NCBI RefSeq assembly: GCF_006345805.1
Contig: NC_043013.1
Span: forward strand, 30,132,001 to 30,196,000
DNA: 64,000 bases
From: Octopus sinensis
Taxonomy: Eukaryota
Reading direction: 5' to 3'
In this document: piece after piece, positions 1-13,210 of the stretch
Layout: every line of letters begins with the position of its first letter
How positions within the stretch are numbered: the stretch's first letter is position 1
Program-made: the position numbers and the translations under genes
The notes under the pieces: model-generated
What the model saw: the letters and a program-made list of their open reading frames with translations, nothing else
Database searches by the model: none
Told to the model about the DNA's origin: nothing

Positions 1-518
1 GTCAAACCTTCAATGGATATATTTTGATTTTACAGATTTCTTTTAGTTATACGTGATGTAAAATAGTCGATTTTATTCATTTTACAGGTACAACCACGAT
101 TCATGTTGCCCACTCGTTTGGCTTCAAACTAGCATTTTGTTTTGTGTTTTTGTAACCACAAACTGTTCTTATTAAGGTTTTGGAGTTTCCTGTACTTTTT
201 CTTAATGAATACTGTTACAGTGTTCACTTCTTAACATATTTTCAGTGCAGTTCGAAACTTGAGCTTAATTTTGCTTTAAATCTACGGGTAATGTTTTTCT
301 CCATAATGTTAATAGAAGGAATATTAACCAACAATACCAACAATTGAAGTCGGCATTACACAGTTGCAGTACATTCAGAGCAAACTCGAGCTTCGCCACA
401 CTATACTTTTATTCTTAGATTGAAACTATGTCAAAACTTTGTTAACGCGACATCAAAGTCTGCCGTTTTAAGCGCAACTGAAAAACAAACTCGAGCAACG
501 CCGGTCTGTACTGCTAGT
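1..518 (-). mobile_element. Helentron/HINE-like non-autonomous element, terminus at 518, running off the window start
   Basis: Minus strand begins ACTAGCAGTACAGACCGGCGTTGCTCGAG, an ACTAG...CCGGCGTTGC.CG.G terminus also seen at 8559-8590 and 40193-40234. Family assignment is by motif resemblance; the extent is uncertain. Confidence 0.45.
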
Positions 519-659
519 AATTAATATAGGCAGTGGTGTGCAATGTGTTACCGAAAATGAAAACTATAATTTTCATTAAATATGACTAAGAGTGTTTAAA
601 CACCTACATTACTAGAAACAAGAGCTAAAACACCATGATGCTGCAGCCAAAGCACATAA

Positions 660-691
660 TTGTATTCACACACACACACAAGCACACATAC

Positions 692-726
<35 letters not shown>

Positions 727-751
727 ATATATATATATATATATTATATAT

Positions 752-843
<92 letters not shown>
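660..843. repeat. (CA)n/(TA)n compound microsatellite
   Basis: Directly visible; explains ORFs 596..871 and 660..860. Confidence 0.97.
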
Positions 844-1500
844 CAGGTTCGGGCAGATAAATTGAGAACATTTTTACAATGTATAAAACTGGTTACAATA
901 CTAAAATATTGGTAGTAGACAGATACAATTTTAATGTAACATTGTTTACGACACAAACATTTATCACTCAATATGGCTGCCCCCTTTTGGTCAATTATTC
1001 CCTCCACACAACAACAAAATGTATTTGCAGTTTCCACAGTGATGCAGGTCTTCAAACTGTTGACACTCAAGTGTGGTGAAGCATTGGTCTTTGCTTGAAA
1101 TATTCCACATAAAAAGTAATCAAGAAGGCTAAGATCTGAGTTATTACCAGGCAAGATGTTGCCCCTCACAAAAAATGGCACCTTCTCACCATTGAGGGCC
1201 TGTGTTACTTGTGAGTCATGGCTTGGTGCAGAATCTTGGATAAGCAACACATTGTTAAGTTTAAACTTCTGCTCCATCCAAGGTAACAGAGAGTTCTTCG
1301 GGATGTTCAAATACTCCTTTGCACCGATCTTCAAGCCAGACACAATAAAATATGGACCCATGACACTTCCATCACTTGCCATGGCTCCAAATACCATCAC
1401 AGAGGCAGCATTCTTAGTTTCAAACACGGAACGTCAGAAGGGTTATATGCAATCACTTGAGAATTCCTGCGATTCATCTCAGTGCCCACAGTGAACTTCT
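842..1500 (-). mobile_element. Tc1/mariner transposase remnant, maT-like (DD37D), with one terminal inverted repeat
   Basis: ORF 744..1427 contains VMVFGAMASDG, QDSAPSH and NSDLSLLDY; there are 37 residues between the second and third catalytic D. A TA-CAGGTTCGGGCAGATAAATT end lies at 842-863. The N-terminus is disrupted and no second TIR was found. Confidence 0.85.
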
Positions 1501-3199
1501 CTGTATCCACAAACGCAAGGAGTTTCCTGCACATTAATGCATGATGAATAATAAAAGCATTGGGCATTTTTCAGCTCTGATTGCTTTGGTCGTAGCTAGT
1601 AGGAGGTGATGGCGTTGGTGTATGCATGTATATATGTACGTTTATGCTTTTTCTCTTATTTAAACCAATAAACATTGAGTGCATTTGGTGAAGAGTAAAA
1701 TATGTAATTGGAAATGAATACAAGGTAATTATATACAGACTACCACTAGTTTCATCTGGACGTATGTAGCCCTTGTAGTGGGTATATGATTAACTTACAT
1801 CCTCTGATCTCACCCAATAAATGCAGAAATACGCCACATGTTTATTTGGTTAAATCTCTTTGGAAATGAGATTTACGAAATGTGTGACGAAGCACGTTTC
1901 ATTAAAGAGATATCTTGTCATACTGCAAATTTATTTTGATTTGATATTGAGCCATATCTGAAGAATATGAAATAGATATAGACCCATCATATCGTTTCGA
2001 TGTTTCCGGAAACCAGTCGTAGACAGCATTTGCACAATTAGAAATAATTAATAATAGTATATGTTATTATTGAAAATGTATGATTTATTATTGATCCACA
2101 CCTAAAGAATGTGACATATATATATATAAACTACACGCAGCCACTTTCCTTTTTTACAAGATACCAGTGGTAGCCGACAGTTAAACATTTGAACTCTACT
2201 TATTAAAATTTAACAAACGTGCGTATGCACTTACATACACAAACACTCACACATTCATACTCAAGACACTAGCTCACATATATGTAAATATGTGTGTATT
2301 TCATGTAAAATTAAATTTGCTTTGAAACCAGAAACTAATAAATCAAGAATATTATTCTATTTATTACCCTTAGTAACGGATAGGTTATTTAAAGATTAGT
2401 CGCCTTGTTTATCGATTTTCTACTGCTGTGCAAAGCAAATTTATGGTGGTGAGTCTTGCTGCGAAAATGTGTCTTCCTGTATCATAATTTCATAGCGTGT
2501 CTAAATAAAATTCAGTTATGAATCCGCATAGATTTATGTATGTACTCATAAGTGGTCTAGTACAACTTCAAAGATTTATTAGCTAAATAATCATTTTAAA
2601 AACATTCACCAAATATGAACTTTTACAATTGTAATTAAATGGAATTCTACATCCTGTAGTGTCACTGACATAGAAAAAATCGTGAATATATTTGAAACTC
2701 TTTATAGTATAAATTGTTAGTTGAAATATTTCCCTATCTCCTTAAAGAAATAATTTAGTACGGTGAAGTTTGTCTTAAATTATATATCAAAAACGAATAT
2801 TGATATTTGTAATGATGATAATTATACCCCCACGCGGGAGAATCATTCAAATATTGCATATAATATAATTACAATAAACACTATATAAATATAAGTGTAT
2901 GCATATATGTATGGATGCCCTGATGTTTGTATTTATGTATTTATACACACAGACAAACACACACTCACACACACATACACACATACAAACACACATATAT
3001 ATTTATATATATTTAGACATGTTCTTGACCCCCAGACAGAAGATAAACTATTTTAACTTCAATTCTTTATAAACTTTTACTGATATTTGATAAAATGAGA
3101 TACATCGAAACCGGTAATATTTTCTTTACATAACTAAATTCCCTCATAAATTGAAATATCTTAGACTTACTTCTATGCTATTTCTACCCCATCCTTTAT

Positions 3200-3294
3200 A
3201 TACATACGTACATACATACATGCATACATACATACATACATACATACATGCATACAAGCATACACACATACATACATACATACATACATACATG

Positions 3295-3370
<76 letters not shown>

Positions 3371-3390
3371 TATATAATATATATATATAT
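3200..3390. repeat. (TACA)n + (TA)n microsatellite
   Basis: Directly visible. Confidence 0.97.
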
Positions 3391-3580
3391 TACTCTTTTA
3401 CTGTCTTACTTGTTTCAGTCATTTGACAGCGGCCATGATCCAGCACCGCCTTTAGTCGAGCAAATCGACCCCGGGACTTATTTGTTGTAAGCCCAGTACT
3501 TATTCTATTCGTCTCTTTTACCGAACCGTGACTGGGACACAAACACACCAGCATCGGTCGTCAAGTAATGCTAGAGGGAC
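3391..3580 (-). mobile_element. SINE family 1, 3' half
   Basis: Matches the 3' half of the copy at 36249-36674 (GTCGATTTGCTCGACTAAAGGCGGTGCT...CATGGCCGC.GTCAAATGACTGAAACAAG) in reverse. Confidence 0.85.
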
Positions 3581-4464
3581 ATTTATTTATTTATTTATAT
3601 TTATCTATATTTGCATGTACATATGAACATCTGTCCACAATATGATAATATAAAACGAGGTCAACGAGTGAGGTCAAGTTGTTCGAATAAGCTGTTCAGT
3701 TAACGTCAATAACTCTAACCTTAATCCCTCCATGTCTTGCCCCTCAGCTTATAAATACAATTTTTACACTCTGACACTCTACCAGATCATATTTTCCGCT
3801 GAGTGCGGGCTTAGGCATGCCAGAATCGCTGGCCAACTCCCCAGCGTACACATTTCAACGTTTGTACTTGTTTGTTGTTTTACGGTGTCTTTGATAGAAA
3901 GAATGAGTTATTCGCATTTTTCCGAAATGTTAGTATGCAAAATAGAATGATTATGCTAGTGCAGATTTCATCATGGCCAATGCTGATATTTTGAATTACA
4001 CATGTATTTTGTCCCTGAGCACATATTCAGGATCGGTGATTGTTTTCTTTTTTCCATTACTTTTAATGTTATTGGTTGTATTTTTTAAAAATAAAAAACA
4101 AATATTTGTGACAAATATGGAGACATCTAAGTGTTACTGTTGTAAATGCTATTGCATGGTGGAGTGATTTTTCCTAACCTGCTTTGAACTTGGATTTAGG
4201 GAAAAGTATAAAGGGTTTAAAAATATATGTTTGTGAGATAGTATGATTGTGTGTGTGTCTGTGCATATAAATTTCTCTTTTTCAAATATTTCATTTTATA
4301 GAATCTGTTGCAGAGTACTCCCCTCATCTCATTGGTGGTCGAAATAAGTTGATATTGAATAAAAAAAAAGAGAAGATAATAACTAGCTTAAGCATGCAGC
4401 TAAATATGCTAACTTTAACAAGCAAAATTGAAACATGACACAAAAAATGGTCAACAAAGTAGTT

Positions 4465-4580
4465 CGAATTCCGTCGATGCAGGCTTTACCTTTCATTCTT
4501 GTGGGGGAGGATAAAATAAGTACCAGTTGATCGATTTACCCACTCCCCCGAAGTTGCTGTATTTGAGCCAAAGTTTGAAA
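4465..4580 (+). mobile_element. SINE family 2, diverged core fragment
   Basis: GTTCGAATTCCG...CTTTACCTTTCATTCTT...ATAAAATAAGTACCAGTT resembles the core of 25111-25488. Confidence 0.7.
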
Positions 4581-4696
4581 CCAACATTAAATCATCTATA
4601 TTTGCGGCAACGAGAAATCTACAGAGTGAAGAATAGCCGACTAAAAACTTTAAATTTAATTAACACTTGTGTTCCTACCCTGCTTATATAACTAAA

Positions 4697-5074
4697 TGCA
4701 ATGGCCCAGTGGTTAGGGCAGCGGACTCGCCATCATAGGATCGCGGTTTCGATTCCCAGACCGGGCGTTGTGAGTGTTTATTGAGCGAAACCACCTAAAA
4801 AGCTCCACGAGGCTCCGGTAGGGGATGGTGGTGATCCCTGCTGTACTCTTTCACCACAACTTTCTCTCACTCTTACTTCCTGTTTCTGTTGTACCTGTAT
4901 TTCAAGGGACCGGCCTTGTCACTCTCTGTGTCACGCTGAATATCCCCGAGAACTACGTTAAGGGTACACGTGTATGTGGAGTGCTCAGCCACTTACACGT
5001 TAATTTCACGAGAAGGCTGTTCCGTTGATTCGGATCAACCGGAACCCTCATCGTCGTAATCGACGGAGTGCTTC
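4697..5074 (+). mobile_element. SINE family 3 (tRNA-derived), near full length, with 11-bp TSD
   Basis: A box TGGCCCAGTGG and B box GGTTTCGATTCC; TSD ATATAACTAAA at 4686-4696 and 5075-5085; near-identical inverted copy at 30912-31280. Confidence 0.92.
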
Positions 5075-5155
5075 ATATAACTAAACATACTTTGTCCTTT
5101 CTTGCTGATCAATATAAAGATAAAAATACAGTTTCTTAATTGATTAAATATATAC

Positions 5156-5193
<38 letters not shown>

Positions 5194-5751
5194 ATAATAT
5201 AATATATTATATATATATCAGTTTCACTTACGTCTTTAACCATCTTATGATTTATAGATGAGTAAAGTTAATTACACTCTATATTTTAAATAGATTTTTA
5301 TTCAACAATCAATCCCTCGCTGCCTGATAATTAAGAGGTCGATAGATTTAAATATTGCTTACTTAATATAGTTACTAAATAATTTTTGGGCTTATGCCGT
5401 TATAAATATTTTTCAAAGCTTTTGATCAAGTAGTATGGGTCTATTTCTATCACATTACTGAATTTACTTGAATAAATTTAAATCTTTCACAGAGGAGCTG
5501 CTTGGATAAACATATTTAGTCGTATAGTTGGTAAGAAACTTAGTCATTGCATATTTTCAAGTTTGATTTTATACGACAAAATATGAAAGGGTAAAAGTTG
5601 AAACATATAATTAATATATTCCATAATTACTTGTTCTAAGAAGTGTTCTACATCCAATCAACTTGAAACTAAATATCCAGTGATTTTGGAATTGTTTGCT
5701 CGCTTCGAAGGGAGATATTTTTTGTGTTCAATTCTCAAATTAGTATTTCCT

Positions 5752-6054
5752 TCTTCTTTTACATGTTTCAGTTATTTGACTGCGGCCATGCTGGGGCACA
5801 GTATTGAAGTTTTTTTTAGTCGAAGAATTCGACTCTGGGACTTTCTTTTAAGTCTAGTACTTATTCTATTAATTTCGTTTTTTGAACCGCTAAGTTATAG
5901 GGACTTCAAGAATCCAGCACCCGTTGTCAAGCGCTGGTGGGGAACAGACACAAAGAAACACACAGCCACAAACACGCACAATATATGTATATATGTATGT
6001 ATATATATGTATATATATATATATATATAATATATATATATAGATATATATATA

Positions 6055-6088
<34 letters not shown>

Positions 6089-6253
6089 CACACGATGGGC
6101 TTCTTTCAGTTTCCGTCTACCAAATCCGCTCACAAGGTTTTGGGCTGACCTGAGGCTACAGCAGAACACACCTGCCCAAGGTGCAACGCATTGGGACTGA
6201 ACTTGAAACTATATGGTTGAGAAGCAAGCTTGTTAGCTCACAGCCACGCCTAC
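5752..6253 (-). mobile_element. SINE family 1, full length with internal microsatellite
   Basis: Minus-strand head GTAGGCGTGGCTGTG..., core GGATTTGGTAGACGGAAACTGAAAGAAGCCC, internal (TA)/(TATG) tract and 3' half, as in 36249-36674. Confidence 0.9.
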
Positions 6254-8399
6254 ACAAAAAATTTGAATAACTGGAGATATCAGTGAAATAGAAATAATCT
6301 ATTAATAGAAAAAATATTTCTGTTAAATATGTTATTCTTAACAATACCGCTGAGCATTTCGCCCGGCGTGCTGACGTTTATACAAGCTCGTCGTCTTGTG
6401 TAAGTATATATTAAACTATATATGTATTAGAGTATCTCTGTTGTTAAGCCTTGGTTATATGGAGTTCAACTGAAATATCTATAAAAGAATCGGACAATTG
6501 AATGCAAATAAAAAATATACTGCTTGCTTTTGATTGAATTTCGATATAAATATAAATATCATTTTGAAATTACTTATTTGGAATAGAAGAGAATACAAAA
6601 AAAAATCGATGACGAGCAGATGTGATAATGTTTAGTTTCTGTTCGGAAATTAACGCCAAATTGCCACTGTAACTTTCTATGCACAAAAATAGTAAATTAT
6701 TAGAGAATTGTATACACGTTTCTGTGCCACGTATACAAACGTTGAAGACAGAGTAATGGTGATCTCATACTTTTGATTCATTTTATTCTATAATCTCAAA
6801 AACTATGAATTGATTTTATTAGAACAGTTTTTAAAAGGAAACCAGCATGCATTACCAAAACATCGGCGAAATATTTATGATTCTAAATTCGTAGAGCAGG
6901 ACCAATAGAGAGATGGATAATTTCGTTAGTTTACCGAGAAAGCTCTCTCTTAAATCAAGGTGGAGTATTCTCTATAATTCAACAATACAGGACTTAGCTT
7001 GCATTGCGAAATAATTTTGAAACGTAAATATAAGCCCAAACATTTTCATATCTTTCTCAGAAGCAGGTGACTAGTGATTCTCCTTACTCACTCTGATCTA
7101 TGTGTTTTACCATTCCGTTTTGCTAGATTTGTTGAAGGAATGCTAGTTACAATTTGGTAACAATTTCCAAAGTAAGTCAGCGTGGTTGACCAGTGTTTTC
7201 ATAAACTTCAGGTAGAAGCGGGGGCTGCTTAATCATGGATATGACATGACAAATAAATATTAAATTACGAAGAAGTAAAGTAAAATAGTTGCTCATTTGT
7301 AGGCATTTTTTCAGATGTTACTAGTTTTTGATGTGGTAGTTTCATAAATAAGAAGAGAGTAAAGTAAGCTTTAGTCTCGACTGGAAACTAAAATGCCGCT
7401 CCGTGACACAGGAGGGAATGATATTCTCGTAAGGGGAGAAAACAGCTGGAATTTCGTGTGGGCAACTGATGAAGAAAAAACTCACTGCTGCAAGTCGAGT
7501 CTGAATTATAATTTATATTACATTATAAATGAAACACGTCTCATTTAAGCAAACCTAAACACATGGGGTAAATAAAATCAGAATAAATGTTTAATCATTC
7601 TTTTTTCTATCAAGCTTTATATTCGGCGTTATAAACTATATTGTAGTATTTCAACCTGAATAAATCAATTTTCCTCTGCAATAAACTTCGATTTTAAAAC
7701 ATTTTTGCCAGGGATTTGTACTACATATGCAAAAATGTGTTTCCAATTGTTTGCTGTGTCATCCGATTATCAAATAAAGTTGATGAAGTGTTTGCATGTT
7801 TCACTGGGTATTTTCTTTGATGCATTTTTAGCGAGTCTTTGATAACGACAGTTTTATTATCTCCAAGTGAATGTCACGTAGTTGAGTGAATTTTTCTCGA
7901 ATCTTCTACTGTAAACTGCTTAATCAAACGTATTATGACATTTAAACAGTAAAAAAGATGTTGTGAAGGTCGTGATTCTTCTTTTAAGCAAGCAATACTC
8001 GTGTAGCATTGTCACCCTTACTGCCATAGAACTGAACAATCTCCACCTTTGAATTATATAAGTATTAACATAAATCAAGCTATGCTATAAAAGTATCGGT
8101 CTGCGGTCGCTCGATTGCAGAGATTGTTGTCATCAACTGACCAAGATACCAAGCACTTCCAAAACCATATCAGACAATACAACACTGCACTATAGATGAA
8201 TCATTTGGAGCCACAATAGATTTACCCGAGCCAGGATTCATGCAAACTTTTAAGAACCAGGGTTAGGTTTATCATCGGATTGTCTCTCTACTACATTTGT
8301 CAAATGAATTATCAAGATCGGCTTTTCGTTGTTTATAATCTGTACCTGTTTTTTGGTTACGAAATAAGTGAAACAAAACGTGTTTTTGAATATATACAT

Positions 8400-8590
8400 A
8401 TATGAGTTGAAAACGCTCTTTTACCATTACACTTAGCATCTATGTTCCATGATTGCATGGGTTGGAGAGTTATTACTGTAGAAAGTTAATATCTCAGCTA
8501 CTCGCAGTTGAGACCTACGTAATCCAGACGGCATTTTAAAATTTCATTATTCCCTTTAACCCGGGCAACGCCGGGTATCTCTGCCAGTAC
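8400..8590 (-). mobile_element. Helentron/HINE-like terminus, extent uncertain
   Basis: Minus strand starts TACTGGCAGAGATACCCGGCGTTGCCCGGG (CCCGG/CCGGG hairpin) next to a (CAT)n tract at 8596-8622. Confidence 0.4.
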
Positions 8591-9475
8591 ATATATCATC
8601 ATCATCATCATCATCATCATCAGAGAGCGAGAGTGGGAGAGTGAGATAGATGAATAGAGAGACACTGGCATATCTGGGGATAAGATTATCCCCATTTGAT
8701 ATGAAATTACACGTGTTTACGTGTGTATGTGAAAGCAAAAGAATAGTTGGTAAAGGCGGGCAGTTGGAGATGAATAAGGTTATATGATACTGTGAAAATA
8801 TGCATCGTTTAAAAAGCAGCGACGAATTCCATTGGTTGTTATGATGCAAAGGCTAGGTTGTTAATGGGAAGTAATTTAAGAATTTCATTGAAAGTAAGAT
8901 GGGTACGCGATGCCAAAATTAAAATGTCAACATCTGTAATTAAATCATGCAATCCTGGAGAGGCCGGTGTTGTGTTTATATAGTCGAAATATTTCTAGCT
9001 ACACAAATATGTAATCCTTTTATTTCCTGTTTAATTTGGGCTTGGCAGGTGAGCATTATAAGGATGTGATAGCCGTATATAAATATGCTTTATATTTTTA
9101 ACGTAATTCGTTTATTTGTTATTCTATTAAACATTGGTTTTATTTATATAAGATGGATGAGAGTGAAAGAAGAGAAGAAGAAAACAATGATAGATGGGTG
9201 ATGGAAGCGGTGGAAGGGGTGGAAGGACTTTATATGGTACTATTGTATGAATATGCGTAATTCTAACAAATGCCCTGAAAATTAGGTTCATACAGTAGTG
9301 ATGGCAGGTGTAATAAATACGGGTAATTTAATAGCGTTAACAGGAGTTGACTGGTTTCATAAGGCATAATTGAAATAGCAGAAAAATATAATGTTATAAA
9401 CGTGTGATTAAGAAGTTTGTGGAAGGCTGGAGTTGTATGAAGAGAAAAAAAGTTCTTGTGAGTGAACTATTGGTT

Positions 9476-9685
9476 TCAGATTTTGGTACAAGGCCAGCAG
9501 TTTCAAGAGAAGGGGTTAAGTCGATTACATCTTCCCCAGTGTTTAACTGGTACGTACTTTATCGACCCCGAAAGGATGAAAGTTGAAGTCGACCTCGGCG
9601 GAATTTGAATTCAGAACGTACAGGCGATCGAAATGCCGCTATTTTGTCCGGCGTGCCAACGGTTCAGCCAGTTCGCCGGTCACTG
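9476..9685 (-). mobile_element. SINE family 2 copy
   Basis: TTTATCGACCCCGAAAGGATGAAAG...GTCGACCTCGGCGGAATTTGAATTCAGAACG is the reverse complement of the family core; head ...CCGGCGTGCCAACG. Confidence 0.9.
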
Positions 9686-10078
9686 CTGATTGAAATATTG
9701 CCTATATATTCATTGCCTATAAAAGGTGATGTGGTTCCAGGTGTATATTTGTGATTGAGCAATTAGGAATAATGTCAATTGTTCTTAATTGTAGTAAAAA
9801 TTTTGTAAATGTACATAAAATTTGATTTACTTTACGTCTGTACAGTCCATTGTATTTCATTTTAAATAAAGACTCCAAAATAATGAATTGATTGGGTACC
9901 AAATATCTCCAATATAAAACATCAAAAACATTTCAAATGTATTTTAGTGTATTCTCATTTCGCGTATGGTTGGAAGAGCAAATTTTTAGACATTTTCTCA
10001 GAGTGTACTGTTAATGTGTGTGTGCCAGTGTGTGTGTGAGTGAGAGAGAAAGATATAAAGAACGTGTGCAGGTGTATG

Positions 10079-10115
<37 letters not shown>

Positions 10116-10177
10116 ATGTGTGTTTGTGTGTATGTGAGAGAGAGAGAGGGGGGATGTGCATTTGTATGTGTGTGTAG

Positions 10178-10210
<33 letters not shown>

Positions 10211-12431
10211 GGTGTATTTGTTATTGAAATTAAAAATTATGCCAGGAAACTAAGGTCAGTGTGAATACGTGTAGTATTTAATAATAAGCCTATTAAACAA
10301 AGTACCAATATTCTTTGCAGAGCTGTTCGTTTCTTTGCTGATATTCCATCATACAAGACCAACGTTAGTTACGGTTGTTACTTATTAAAAGGGCGTAGTA
10401 GTCTGGACCACAAACCCTTACTTGAAAGGAGTATCGCACGTTTCTGCAAATACCTCACTTATCCTACGGCATGAGGAATATACTAACAACGATATTGACA
10501 TTCGATCATCGCATGCATGCTTTATACATCGACGATCGCAACAGCAATAACTTTTAACACCATCCTATTTATTGTTCTAAGAAGGTACCGAGCTATAAAT
10601 GTACATTAGCTATAATGCATTGAACATATAGAGAACTACATTTATATTTCAGACGGAACAGGTTTACATTCCGGTCGGCCAGCATTATTTGAGACGACCG
10701 GAAACAGGCTGTACACCAAAGTATCATTCTCGTAGACAAGAACTATATATGTGTGTGTATGCGCGCTCGTGCGTACGTGTGTATATGTGTGTGTTTGTGT
10801 GTATATGCATGTGAATATATTTATACTAGTGTATGTAGACACACTTATACATTACCATTCATTATCTGCTCATGAATTTACCCTTTCATAAAAGAGATCG
10901 ATAAAGTAATTATAATTAATCAATTATTTATCTTTGCTGCAGAGATGTTCTCTTTAATTGAGGAGCCAATGTTACCAGCCTTGATATCTTTGAATCATGT
11001 CCCAAACATTAGGACTGTAACCCTTCTGTAAAGTCATGGAATATAGCCTTTAAACAGCTGAATCACAGACGGTTGAATACTGGAATCAATCATATGTAAA
11101 TGCAGTAATGCTTCTTCATATTCTTATTTCGAATGCAGTTGCGAATGACCTATCATTCAAGATTTCCGAAGTGAATAAGCAACGCAATTAATTATATTCT
11201 ATAAATTGTATTAATTTTATATAAATGTGTTTCATTGCATTAATATATGGAACGGTACAATACTCACCTCCTAAGAAATGGTTAGATTTATGTAACTTCA
11301 ATCGTGGAAAATTTTGCAAAACAATATATAGGTTTGAATGCAGAAGAGATATCTAGATTAAAACATTACTGATTTTTTCGGACAAGTATTTTAGAATAAT
11401 AGTTTTGCTTTAACTAGAAATAACTTAAAATCTTGGCTAAAGTTTTTGAGAAGTATTTCAAAATGTGTAAGCGTCGACTAGAAGATAGTCAAGTTTTCCT
11501 GAACGTCATATCAACTTTAAGTTAAACGATGAGCGTAGCAAGATATAACCATCTCTTTTCACGGGGGGGGGGGACTGTTGTGGTACAACAAAACGAATAA
11601 TAATAGATTGAAAATTCTAAAAATATTTGTTCATATATAGCACGAATGAAAATTTGTGCGTTGGAAATGGGACCTAGCATTTGGCAAACCACTTTTTCTT
11701 AATTTTCTTCGTTTTTGTGCCAACCAATCTTCAATGCGAATTTTTGGTTCGTGACATATTGATACGTTTTATTAATTTTGTCGCGACACCGATCTACATA
11801 CTGATGGTTCTAATAATAGACTGTACATTATGTTTGATTATTACAATCAGATAGAAAGCGGACTTGTTCCGTTTCTGCAGATTATTTATATTAATTTGCA
11901 GCACTTGCGTGTTGCTATAATTAGTAAATAACATATTTTACTGATAATGAAATTGCTTATTGTATCTACCATAAGAAAAAAACATAAGAAAACATATAAT
12001 TTTCTATCATATATTTTTGTTCTTCAAGGAATAATAAAGTTATCCTAACTCGTTCGGATATTTTTTCTCGAACCTAGCTTCGTGTATACGTAGTTGAAAC
12101 AACTACGGGTTAGTTCGATGCACCATATTCTTCTACTACCATTTGGAGTTCTGGATTTGGATTCAACCTAATTCATTGCATCTAGAAATAAATAGGTACC
12201 ATGATTATTTTGTAATACAATATTCATTAATCTCAATAACTATTTGATTGATGGCGTTGAAGTGAATAGAATGTCTCGTTGTTATCGGTGTTCAGCCTCA
12301 CGTCAGCTTCTCTTCATAATGCGAATGATGAACTGTATTCTACCCACAGTCATATAATCCTTCGTTTAGTTCTAGTAAATCGTGGTCTACATTACAAAAT
12401 CCGTTGTTTCAAGACACCTTCCGCACAGATT

Positions 12432-13210
12432 ATGTGAACATAGTTCGAAAGTAATTGTTCGAAAACAATTATTCGAAAATCATTTGTTCGAATCGAAAAT
12501 CGTATGAATGAAAATTATTCAAAAGGACAGTTATACGAAATGTTAATTATTCTAATTTTTTGAAACATTTATTTAAACATAAATGATAAAACCAAAATTT
12601 AAGTATACAAATTATATTAAGTTCAAATAACTGTTTTTCGCATAATTGTTTCCGAATATTGATAGTTATCGCCAAGATAACATTGCAGTCCACTAAAGTA
12701 GGACGGGTGTTGGAAATCATCGCCTCTAGCTAGCTATGTGACATACAAACCTGTGTCCATTACAACCTTCGAACAGGTAAGGGTCAGCAGCTTCCCCTTG
12801 CTTGTTCAACATCCTCAAACTAGTTTCAAGGTATTTGCCTCTTATCAATGTGGAGTAGTCGAACCCAGCAGGCGTCTCTGTTGACCGTCTGTTCGAAGGT
12901 TTATTTAGCTATATTCAGTAGAATACATCCACTGGTTTTCAAAAATAGAAATATGAATTTTTCTAAATCTCTCTACAGGAGACAACGGCAGATATGTGTG
13001 TCGGATAGCTAGTTCGAGGCGATGGCCTCTTGCAGCTAATCAACAGCAACATTCGTTCTATTTTACTGAACTGCCATCTTAGCTTGGCGATAACTATTAA
13101 TATCCAGTATTGTCGTATAGTCTCCTTTAGAGAAATTGAGAAATATTAATATTTCTGTTTTCGAATAACTGTTTTCGAACAATTCTTTTCGAACAAATTT
13201 CATGACACGT
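12432..13210. mobile_element. Foldback-like, probably non-autonomous DNA element: segmented ~780-bp imperfect palindrome with TTCGAAAA subrepeats at both ends
   Basis: Three blocks pair in inverted orientation: ~12440-12565/13125-13200, 12656-12748/12996-13103 and ~12766-12810/12865-12900. Confidence 0.75.

Noticed and set aside
4697-4770. tRNA genes at SINE heads (also 28887, 31210-31280, 36249)
   Set aside because: A and B boxes continue directly into SINE bodies, with no complete cloverleaf or Pol III terminator.
7374-7503. Possible ~125-bp MITE (AGTCTCGACTGG / CAAGTCGAGTCT)
   Set aside because: The inverted match is short and imperfect, with no TSD and no second copy.
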